Positions 36,748 to 46,960 of a stretch of DNA of 64,000 nt are shown piece by piece. Position 1 is the first letter of the stretch. Every line of letters starts with the position of its first letter. The notes under the pieces were generated by a model. It was given only the letters and a program-made list of their open reading frames with translations, did no database searches and was not told where the DNA came from. The stretch comes from Phoronis australis (lineage: Eukaryota > Animalia > Phoronida), in assembly GCA_002633005.1 (NCBI GenBank), contig NMRA01000065.1:544648-608647 (forward strand), written 5' to 3'. Both the position numbers and the translations under genes were made by a program.

Positions 36748-39700
36748 GAGTGACTCCATATAAAAACCAACAGGTAGAGTCTATACCCAAAATCACCGAT
36801 TTTTTTGAAACTTAGCACATGAGTTTGGTTTGTTGAGATGTAGAAAAACCTCACTTTTTAAGAATTTTCATTCATTATTTTTCTTTTTATGACCTGTACC
36901 TCCATTTTGCAACAAAATTGGGCGTCGAAGTAGGCATGTTTGAATGCATTTTACTAGCATGTGGTAAGGACAAAACAAATGAATAATACGAATTGAAAGA
37001 GCAATGGCTGAATAATTTAATGGCATAACTTTCAAAACCCATTTTTGAATTTGTACGTTTTGAATTTGTGAGGCAAAAACGGCTATTTTTTAGGTTTTCA
37101 CTGAAGCCATCATTTTCGGCCAAATTTGGCACTCTGTAGCAGCCATAACGCACCTTTCCTGAAATTGACTTTATAATAATTTGTTTAGTCATTCCTAACC
37201 TGTTCATAATCTAAAATAAAAAATCTTGCCTCTAATGCAGTTTTTGCGTACGAAGCATTACACGAACTGCTCTTCGTCCTTTTGCATGTTCTCAGTTGCC
37301 TCTGCTGCCAACAGGGGGCTCTTGGAACATATAATTAGCTTGCGAAACACGACATAAAAACCTTGTATTTTGGAGAAAAGTCAGACAGCATTATTAATTA
37401 CCATTCTCAATGAAAACGGCATTGACGATTATTGCTTATTACATAAAATATGTAACGTAAATCAACTGGCATGCGTGGTTCTAAATGATAGATGGCGCTG
37501 TTTTTGTTTACGTAGAGACTGAAGACGCATCCAGAATAAGAGCATGCAGTAACACGAGGACCTTGCTATAATTCAAGACTTCGCGAGATATTGCCCTGTA
37601 TTTTAAATGAGAACACGTGGTTTTGGATAAATTTTAGAGAGGTTCTAGTGTTACTGAACTCACCCCTGCCTTGTTTTCTATCTGCCTTGTTCGTGCCACA
37701 GGCAAAGGAAGGCACCCAAGGTGGATATGGCCCCCTAGTGTTCAGTGCAAAAATCCTTCAACTTGTCAATAGTCATTGTAACTTTGGGTTCATATTGTAA
37801 TGTCCCTGCTGGTTGCTACAAATTTTAGTCGCCACCAGTCGCCAGAAATCTGGTGTTCCCTCCACACACCGGGCACCCTAACGCTGAATATTTCTGTCAG
37901 TGTGATCATCAGTGGTATAAAAAGGTACACATTCACAGTCAATAGAAAATAATTCACGAGAGACAATTTTATTAATGACTCATTCATGACAGACATGAAG
38001 TAAACAGAAGTAACGGTCTCGACTTCATATATCACACATCTTTGACTGGTATGCTACAAGTGACAAGGCTAAACGTTGAGCTCATTTACCACTTCATTCA
38101 GTAAATCTGACGATATAACAGCATCTTCAGCAGAAATTGCATCGTCATAAACATTGCTGAAAAAATCCACCAATCTGCGATTCACTTAATATAACAGGTA
38201 AACACTTTACCAGTGGGTTCTCGTAATGTTTTCTCCATTTTGGCACTTCCGAGGGTGAACGTTTTTACCTGACTTCAGTATCGCCTTCATCGAATATGTT
38301 CGTCAGAAAGTTCTTAACCTTTGCTGAAAATCTTGTTGACCTTTTACCTTTTTTCAATGCCTAACCTATTGCTTCAGCATTCGTGTCATCCAAATAGTAC
38401 TCTGAGGCTGCCTCAAATGACGCTCCGGTTCTTGCATCTGAAAGCATTTCTGACCGACCACTGTCGTGCGATGTGGTCATACGTGGTTTCCCTCTGTAAA
38501 TGTTCAGTGTGGTTACCCACATCCAAATGCTGACCTAGTTCTGCGTCTGTAGAGAAAAATTTCGAGTAACCTTGCTGGGTACAAGGGAACTTTTGTTGAG
38601 GCTCTTCACTAGATACAATGCCAACCTTAACTCTTGGTGTTGAAAATCCGCCATGTCTAGAGATGTTAGAGTATTTTAGAGAAATAGGTTTCCCATTTTC
38701 TCAGTATTTGTAAGAACTTATCGTCACCTACATGGAATGATTTCCACACGCGAATTCCTTGGGTGGAATAGTGGGAATTTGGGAATGTGCTTATACCATG
38801 AACTGAGTATTTTGGAAAAGTCTTTGTAGCATTGACTGAACATGCATACACATAACATCCCTTCACACGGCCACTGGAAAGTAATGCTTCTTTCAAATCC
38901 AGAAAGTTTATGTAATTGTTACCTTCGGCTACAAAATACTTTGCGTGTTGTTTGAGTGGAGCAATCTTGCGATCACAGAGATCCTTTCCATTCTGACTTT
39001 CACTAAAGTCATATCTCGAAACAGAAATGCCGGTAGAATTTGACAAGGTTGCTACGTTCAGGAGCGAGGAGCAGAGTGGTAACATCCAGCATTACCTGAC
39101 TCTTGCATGACTGGTCATTCACCGACTCTGGGTAGTACGAGTGCGTACTCTGGCACAGGCCTTGCTTTGTGAGGTAGTTTCCTGTATCTCAAATGTTCAG
39201 TGGTGTCTTTGACATAACTCACTAAAGCACAAAGCTTTTGTGATCGGATTTTTTTGCAAAATAAACTCTAAAGGAACATGAAGGCCCATCGACATCGTCC
39301 GCCATTTTGTCTTTTCAAAATGCACTTGCTTCTTTCAAAACCAGTCATTACAAATATCAATCCTCACTCATTTAATCTTAAAGGCATTTATTTCCATTTA
39401 AAATTTCTACATAGTGTTTAAATTAACCTGATAATGTAAAAGAAATGAAAGACTACAAGAAGGTTACACGTACATTTTTTTATATATCCTCAAGCTTAAC
39501 CTCAACTGACTCCCTCAGTGGGCAAAGGTCAACGGGTTCAGGTTTGATACTAACCGCGTAAACAAACCCGGAAAACATCTTGTTTTCATTTGAAAGAGTT
39601 TAGAGTTGGTTTCTATAACTATTTAAAGCATACTTCTTGCCTAAAGCTTTATTCAAATGGTCTGTAAACTCTGCTCGTCATTTCCAAACTATGAAAATAG

Positions 39701-40250
39701 ACAGTTTTGCAAGACAATTTTCACTAAGGTGCAAAGTTGAGGCAAGATTTTTTATTGCTCAGTCATTAAGACTAACTCTTTACTGTATGTTCAAAACGTC
39801 ACATTAGGCCACAAGGTGTTTTATGGCAGTAAGAAGGTCACAAAAATGGCCACTAAAATTAGCCCCAAAAAGTGGTCTGTGGATTATCTCCCCTGTCTAG
39901 CACAAAACTGTCAGATTTTAATAAATGGCACAGAATTATGTACAGTATACGTTGGTTATTTCAGTCACCAAAATATAGCTTTTGATCTATTTTGTATGTT
40001 ACTCATTTTTGTTGCTGAAAACATGCGATTTTTGAGACGGCTAATATGCCCAATTGTGCCAATTTGTGTTATCATGCTCCAGCGGCGAAATTAGGATTGA
40101 GCTTAATTGTCATTTCAGAAATAAACAACGAGCATTTATAATGGAAATGTAACTACGTCACACGGTGATTTGGCAAATTGTCTACAGAAATAACAAGTTT
40201 AATCCTTCTACAGTGCTATAATCTGTAATATTAGGTATTTGTAGAGATAC
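36748..40250 (-). mobile_element. Decayed Sola-like (Sola3-type) DNA transposon with long imperfect TIRs
   Basis: Left end TTAA|GAG at 36744-36750. Inverted similarity between ~37100-37235 and ~39740-39870 (e.g. aaaaaatcttgcctc / gaggcaagatttttt). Transposase relic on minus ~38050-39100: SGNAGCYH (DNAGCYH-like), YDFSESQNGKDLCDRKIAPLK, G*ALKK..RFS. Right terminus not resolved. Confidence 0.55.
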
Positions 40251-40321
40251 ATTAAGAAATCATCTTATTCTTGGTGACTCGTATAACGAGCAATCGATAA
40301 CGCAGCTCACGCTTCAAATCA

Positions 40322-40447
40322 TAGGCGGATCCAGTGGGTTCAAGGGGTCCGGACCCCTTTTTTCCCTTGATTTTCGTGATATCAAATCTAGAATTTTCAA
40401 ATTGTTGACTTCGACCCCCCTTTGAAAGATCCTTGATCCGAACCCTC
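40322..40447. mobile_element. Short GGCGGATCC-type MITE copy (degraded)
   Basis: ggcggatccagtggg...ccccctttgaaagatccttgatccg. Confidence 0.5.
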
Positions 40448-40459
40448 TTTAAAAAATTC

Positions 40460-41200
40460 TGGAATCGCTCCTGTTAGTTTGAGTTACAACATATATACAT
40501 AATCGTTCATCTACAGGAATATTTTCACCGCAACCAGTTTCTACAATAGGCAAGAGTTCCAGCCTTAGTTGGACCAATGGGGGGGGGCTAGGAACCTGAC
40601 AAATTAATCTTAAAGTAATGTCCAGTTGAATATTCGTGTTCAAATAAAATATGAGCTCTCAGGTTCGGTTTGACTAGTAGTCCCTACATTTTTGTGCGTT
40701 CAAACATTTTGTTTTTGCTGGCGGAGCACCAGTATCATTCAACAGGATTTCGACATTATATGTCCATCACTTTCGAACAACATGGCAAACCTATAAGATA
40801 TCCATTTTTGTAATTCCATCGTTACTTAAGGTAACAAGCTTGTTCTAAAGTCGCATCATATTTAATTATCATGTATTGCCCGTAGAATTCCACCCCCGCG
40901 TATTTCCACTAACGCCATGAATATAACTGTGTAAAGCTATTTACTACTAAATAAAAAACACATAGTTCTATTTCAAATGTTTTCAGAGTCATTGTAATCT
41001 TCATATCCCCAAACAGAAGAAGTATAATCCAAAACTGGTGGTACATAAGAATCAAATAAAATTTTAAGATTTAGGAAACTTTTTGTTCTTTCGAAAACCT
41101 GAGCATATCTTGCGTAACGCTCGTCCCGAAACTTCGGCCAATGTAGAAGCGTTTTCTCTGAAATCGAGATATTCACCAAGAATAACCCTAAGTATTTATT
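40460..41200 (-). mobile_element. LINE RT C-terminal relic (CR1/L2 group)
   Basis: KYLGLFL, ILFDSYVPPVLDYTSSVWG, QLRL..LP.VETG..NIPVDERLC in broken frames. Confidence 0.75.
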
Positions 41201-41228
41201 TGGTGATTCCTATTGAGCACATGAATTT

Positions 41229-41384
41229 CAGTGCTTTAGTGGGGCGTAAGCGCACGTAGGCGCAGCCAACCACCTTTTGGCATTTGAACGTAGCCCCTGC
41301 GCACCATAAGTTACGTTCAGTGCACAATGTGATACGATGGGCTTTGGACGCCTACTTACCCCTAATTTTACCACAGCAGCACTG
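41229..41384. mobile_element. hAT-type MITE
   Basis: CAGTGCT...AGCACTG termini; perfect 8-bp TSD ATGAATTT (41221-41228 and 41385-41392). Confidence 0.8.
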
Positions 41385-41407
41385 ATGAATTTTATTTTTT
41401 ATTTTAA

Positions 41408-41927
41408 AGAGGCCTGGAACGCGATAAATAGATTAAATTGCGGCAAATTTAAAGTGGTTCTCTGCCACCGAAACAGAATTCAACCTGCTCACCAGGTTTT
41501 TTAGGATTTGTTCGTAAAGATTTTCAATTTTTGTTGATATCAAAGCATTTTCTTTTAGTTTCAAAATTTCAAAAAAGAACGTCGACATTTCTCTCACAAG
41601 GCAAAGCACATCTCCTTATTTAGTATTGGCAAGATACACACGTAGCACATTTCCCTCCTATGGAAAATGTAAACCTTTGACATCAAGCAATCCAAGCAAC
41701 TGACTGTGAGCGCATGCGCGCATTTATCATAAGTGGGAGGGAGATTAGAAACACTTTGGTAACCACAGAGTTTTTCCTTCTCACGTATTTCAAAAATCGT
41801 GAATTTTGTGATTTTTTTTCTGGAAATTTCCTTACAGGGGAAAGCGAATTACTTTGTACTAGACGTTGCGATATGGTCAGGAGTTGTTTAAAAGATATTT
41901 TGACGAGCTTTCACGTTCCTTGCCTCT
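41408..41927. mobile_element. Non-autonomous Kolobok-type element (520 bp)
   Basis: TTAA at 41404-41407 and 41928-41931; TIR agaggcctggaacgcga vs reverse complement agaggcaaggaacgtga. Confidence 0.75.
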
Positions 41928-42667
41928 TTAAATTTGAAACGTTTTCAGTCAGTAGGTTTGGTCCTGAAATGAGCAACACTTCTTGTGAGCGTGTTAACAT
42001 TTTATGCACCAGGTATTTCAATAATTAAAACAAAAATAACAAATTACCTCACGTATGCTCGGATTTGCTTATAAAGTAACAGCAATACGAGTGAATGAAA
42101 TGTTCGTTTGAAGCTGATGTGCATACTTGTGTATTTAGGCCCGTCCTTTTACATGTGAAGCTGTAACTACATCCGGAATTATTCGCAGCAAATTTCTTTG
42201 AATATTATCCTGGTCAATTTTGACATATCCGTCTGAAAATTATAGGTTGAGCCAGTCCACCCAGAATTTGACCGCTTCACTTCAAACGCAATTTATTCTC
42301 TCCAGCTCCAACTGAATCAGAATTCTCTTGTCTAGGATACCTTTAACACCATTGGTATCGTTTTATCAGAAGGCGTCACTTAGATTGTAAGTAAATAATT
42401 TCGAAGATTAATGGTACAAACCCTATGTTAAATCCTTTTTATTTGCTTTGGAATTCGTTTTGACTTAACTCGCTTGCGTTGAAATTCCTTACAAAATGCC
42501 AGTCATCCGTTTATCCTCCGCAGATATGTTATGGAAACGACGGATTGTAGTAGCTGCGTATAAACACTTTTAGCAAGGTGGCATAAACTGTTCTGCATCA
42601 CGTGATTTGGCTAGCGGGCTTTAGAGACCTTGAAATTTCTTGTACAGTACAAATTCGACACAGCAAT

Positions 42668-42819
42668 CAGGGGCGGATCCAGGATTTTGAGTTAGGGGAG
42701 GGGGGGACAGAGTATTAGCCAGGATTTTGCCCGTCAGACATTTGCACCACAGAAATGCCAAATGGGAGGATTTTAGGGGAGGGCACCTCCCCCTTTGGCC
42801 CCCTCTGAATTCGCCACTG
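42668..42819. mobile_element. 152-bp GGCGGATCC-type MITE with 5-bp TSD
   Basis: caggggcggatccag ... ctgaattcgccactg, flanked by GCAAT at 42663-42667 and 42820-42824. Another right end at ~43840-43870. Confidence 0.75.
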
Positions 42820-43490
42820 GCAATTTCAATTGAGATACTTCTGCGGCTCCCTCGCCGAAATTCGTTCCCTCTCGATCTCCGCTGCCTTCCATGGGTAATT
42901 GAAAAGGAACCAAACGGGAGATCTTTTTCAGATAGTACACATAAGATGTGGGTAAAGTATTGGATACTCTCTCGAGTAATCCCACGTGAAAATTGACGTG
43001 ACGTACATGTATAATGAATAATCAGCGACTCCACACTAGTTTGCCAAAATACTTTATTTAACGTAAATACCACTGTTGAACAACAAAAAGGCGATAACTC
43101 ACAAACTGACAAATGTAAACGAGAAAGCACGATAGCTGTCTATGACTAAGTGAGATCGAGAAGAGGAGGGGAAAGCTTTCAACCCCCGATATATAGTGGA
43201 AGGCATATTATAGTACATCTGTGTTTCCGTGTCAAATCTTGTCAAACTACGGTTCACTCTAATGACAATATCAGAATTAAAGTCCAAAGACATGTAATGG
43301 TTGTTAATGGCTTCCTTCCATGTATTGTGGTGAACTGACACGGCTAAACCTGTCTTTGACGTAATTCTACATATTGCTGAACATTCAGTGTAACATATTG
43401 GCGCTACGTCATCTTCAACTTATTCATAATATAAAGCCCAGGGCTGACATTTTGACATTGGATGCGAGTGAGGGAATGCCTTCTGTCACC

Positions 43491-43573
43491 TGTAACATAC
43501 CGTGCTATAACATAATGTAACATACCGTGCTATAATATAATGTAACATACCGTGCTATAACATAATGTAACAT
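43491..43573. repeat. 25-bp tandem repeat x3.3
   Basis: Unit tgtaacataccgtgctataacataa. Confidence 0.9.
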
Positions 43574-44310
43574 GTGGGGGGGGGGTGGCGAGCAAGGGTG
43601 TCATGGCGACCCTAAAATTCTCCCAGATACCATTTGGGAGGTCGTGTTGCATATTGCTGAGTAGCATATGCGCGCACCCAGGGGGTTCGGGGGCCGAATG
43701 TACAATGCATAGGCCTTGAACAAACCCCGTTTTCATAGTAATAAGGTCCACAAACCCAAAAATTCGCGATCGCTGCATCCCTACATTTTAGGCTGGACTC
43801 GCGCATGTGACGAAATTCTGGTTATTCCTGTGCCCTTCCCCCCTAATTCAAAATTCTGGATCCGCCCCTGGTTCATCGAAAATATCTAAGCAATACTCTT
43901 TTTTGTTTACACCACAAATTACAACACAATTTGAGAGACTCCATGAGAAAGACGCTGACGTATACTGTCTCCATTTTTGTAAGGTTATCTGTTAATTTGA
44001 GAAGTACGCAATATAATCAAAGTCTAATGCTTTTGGTACAGTACATGTATAGAAAGGACTTCCATGGACGTCGATCAACGTTTAGCAAACATTTACTATG
44101 ACCTTTCTTAATAGTTGCGTGTTCACTGTTGGAAAGTTATAATCACTAAACATTTCACGTAGGACATGGGTGAAGCGGGCTAAAACCTGTGACGACTGAC
44201 GACGGCTGTGGCCGCAGCGGATGTATTGAATAACCGAGGCTGTCCAATTTTCTAGATAGTGCACACTATGGAGGTATCAAGCGTACACTCACCTTTTAAT
44301 AATACAGCAC

Positions 44311-46560
44311 TTAAGAGGAAACGTTAGATACAAATCGATTGTCTCTGAACTTCATCAAAACAGCAACTCCAACAGCTGCCAAAAAAGAGAGACCCAAACA
44401 AGTTAAGCATACGTACAGTCCTATGCGAATCTCGAAGCAGTCATTTAAAACTGATTTGACACTGGCAAATGGAGTTTCTTGCGTTTCTTGCACCGTCCCT
44501 TTGACATTGCCAGCTTCACATTGAATTTGTCCGCCATTTTGTTTGCTAGCGCCGTTGGACAGAGAAAGGCGCAAAGATGCGACGGTCAACAACTGAGATT
44601 TGTCACGTGGTGGGTTAGCGATGGAGTTTCCCTGAGGTGATGATAACTTGACAGTTGGTGCGGGGTCCCCATGAGACGAACATGTAATTGTCAAGTCGTC
44701 ACCTTCAACAAAAAAGGTAACATTTGGTTCTGAGGGATTAGTGCAGGTAAGAGAAACGTTGAAGAAATCTCGATTTTTGTATTGCCGGGGTGTGCTACAA
44801 GCCGGTTTACTAATGTATCTAAAGCCTATGTTCCCATGATTTGCAGACAACCATGATTGGAACTTAAATAAATCACAGTTGCAGTGGAAAGGATTATTGA
44901 CGAGATCTAACGTCGAAATACTTGAGCCTGATTTCATTGCATCTTCAAGAAGTGATTTTGGCAATTTCTGCAATTGGTTATGGTTGATTAAAAGAGTGTT
45001 AAGGATATTTTGTCGGGGCAAAAAATTCTCCCCTATCTCACGCAGCTGGTTGTGGTTCAGTTCAAGATGGACCAATTCCGTGAGATCTCTGAAACTGTCT
45101 TCTTCAATCTCCTCGATTTTGTTAAAAGCGATATACAGAAAACCGGGGGACGACAGTCCTTTGAACATCATCGCATCTATTCGACCAAGATTGTTGTGAT
45201 CTATCAATAATTCTCTCAGTGAGCGTAGAAGTTCAAATGTGCCTTCTTCAATGATTTCTAATCTGTTGTAATTCACCGTCAATGATCGGAGATTTGACAG
45301 TCCAACAAACATTTTTCTTGACAGTCGAGTAATATTATTACGCTTAAAAGTAAGAAGTTCCATATCAGTATATGCCAGAAAATTGAAACAACCCTCTTCT
45401 ATTTGCATAAAGTTATTGTTTGACAAATCGAGCCCAACGGTAAATATGTTTTTCGTTATTTTAGCGGAAATAGTGTGGGTTGACTTTTTTAAATCTTTCA
45501 GCCTCACAACAAGTCTTGCAGCTACTTGGTTAACAATTCCCTTGTCGCCGATTGAGTGGAAACTAATTGTCAAGGACTCCGCTGATATTCTTGGAGTTTG
45601 AGTTAATGACCAAATTTCCAGCGCTACCTCTTTTAGACGTGTACAAGGGTCGAAGGCATCCTCTTCTATAACTGTTAATTCCGTTGCCATAACTGTTAAA
45701 ATCTCAAGATCCCCAAACTTAAGAAATTGACGGCCGTTGAATGTGGTTATGTTGTTGCCTCTTAGATCAAGACGTAGGAGGTTATGAAGCGAAGAGAAGG
45801 CATCGAACTCAATAATACTAATCTTGTTGTTGCCCAAATTGAGGACTCGCAGGGAACCTAACCCTTTAAGTGTCCAGGAGGTCAGGATTGTGAGCAGATT
45901 ATAAGACAGTTCTAAAGTTGTTAATGACTTGGTGGATGACCACTGACCATTAATGCGAGAAATCAAGTTGTTACCAAAATACAAGACGGTCAAGGAACCG
46001 AGTCCAGACAATAGTTGCTCTTCTATCGCGGTCAGGCGATTATACCTCAAGTTAAGTTCCGATAACAACGGCAAGTGGAGGAACGAAAACCCGTCTATGT
46101 GAGTAATGAGATTTTTACCAAGATCTAGGTGACGAAGATTGTGAAGATCTTTAAAATTCTGAGACTCAATTCTTTGTATTTTGTTGTCTTGCAGGGAAAG
46201 ATATTCTAGAGAACTTAAATTCCTGAAGGGTGATCCAATCAACTGGGCGATTAGATTCCGGTCGAAATTCATTGATTCTACCTTTGTAAGTCCGTCCAGG
46301 ATACCTTCATCCAGAGTCGTTATTTTGTTCGTTTGAAGCCTTAGAAATCGAATCAAGCTCGATCCATTAAAACGGAAAGCGTCTTCACCGATACTGCCAA
46401 TTCCACAGTAACCAAAGTTAACGTCGTCCCCTGGAAGACTTCGAACAACATCCTTGGTAAGAATGGAAATTTTCGCATCTAGTCCAAGTATACAGGTTCT
46501 GAATGGCACCCCCTGGTGAATTGTTACCAGAAACACCAGCAGCACGTTCAGTATAAGCAT
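44311..46560 (-). CDS. Single-exon LRR + Ig + TM type I membrane protein (749 aa)
   Basis: Signal peptide MLILNVLLVFLVTIHQG; ~19-20 LxxLxLxxN repeats in two blocks; LRR-CT NPFHCNCDL..W..C.TP..C; Ig domain (EGDDLTITCSSHGDPAPTV...GQIQCEAGNVKG); TM IGLYVCLTCLGLSFLAAVGVAVLM; 13-aa tail. Confidence 0.92.
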   Translation of the reverse strand: MLILNVLLVFLVTIHQGVPFRTCILGLDAKISILTKDVVRSLPGDDVNFGYCGIGSIGEDAFRFNGSSLIRFLRLQTNKITTLDEGILDGLTKVESMNFDRNLIAQLIGSPFRNLSSLEYLSLQDNKIQRIESQNFKDLHNLRHLDLGKNLITHIDGFSFLHLPLLSELNLRYNRLTAIEEQLLSGLGSLTVLYFGNNLISRINGQWSSTKSLTTLELSYNLLTILTSWTLKGLGSLRVLNLGNNKISIIEFDAFSSLHNLLRLDLRGNNITTFNGRQFLKFGDLEILTVMATELTVIEEDAFDPCTRLKEVALEIWSLTQTPRISAESLTISFHSIGDKGIVNQVAARLVVRLKDLKKSTHTISAKITKNIFTVGLDLSNNNFMQIEEGCFNFLAYTDMELLTFKRNNITRLSRKMFVGLSNLRSLTVNYNRLEIIEEGTFELLRSLRELLIDHNNLGRIDAMMFKGLSSPGFLYIAFNKIEEIEEDSFRDLTELVHLELNHNQLREIGENFLPRQNILNTLLINHNQLQKLPKSLLEDAMKSGSSISTLDLVNNPFHCNCDLFKFQSWLSANHGNIGFRYISKPACSTPRQYKNRDFFNVSLTCTNPSEPNVTFFVEGDDLTITCSSHGDPAPTVKLSSPQGNSIANPPRDKSQLLTVASLRLSLSNGASKQNGGQIQCEAGNVKGTVQETQETPFASVKSVLNDCFEIRIGLYVCLTCLGLSFLAAVGVAVLMKFRDNRFVSNVSS

Positions 46561-46624
46561 TGTAAACTTTAAAGCGAGTCTTCTTTATGTACTCTCTTAC
46601 GACTGTTTGAAACTTGTTTGTACG

Positions 46625-46960
46625 ATGTTGAAATCCCTCTTAAATACACGCGGCGCAAGTGAACGACGAGACTCTAAAGCAAATTGTATTTCTAGATGTA
46701 CTCGCGATTGATAAGTGTGCGTTGTGATTCGTCAATACAGCGCGCTGCTGCTAAGGCGAGATGGTTTTGTTTTTTTTCTGGAAAGCAATCGTGACTGGCT
46801 GTACGAAGAAACACGAACTGAAACGGAAATGAAAAATAACGAAGGGTTCTGATACTTGCGTTAAATCTGAAACCCGAGGTAATTTCCCTTGATTAGTTAC
46901 GAACGGTGTAGGTCATAGTCCATTCAACACTAGGAAGCCTAGGAAATCACTTCCGTGGCT
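46625..46960 (-). promoter_or_regulatory. Putative promoter of the LRR-Ig gene with IRF/ISRE- and kB-like motifs
   Basis: TATTTAA on minus at ~46640-46646; GAAACGGAAATGAAA at 46820-46834; GGTAATTTCCC (reverse complement GGGAAATTACC) at 46878-46888; GGGATTTC on minus at 46630-46637. Confidence 0.4.

Noticed and set aside
42668-43870. Single 1.2-kb element bounded by CAGGGGCGGATCCAG TIRs
   Set aside because: Outer flanks share no TSD, whereas 42668-42819 has its own TSD; better read as separate short copies.
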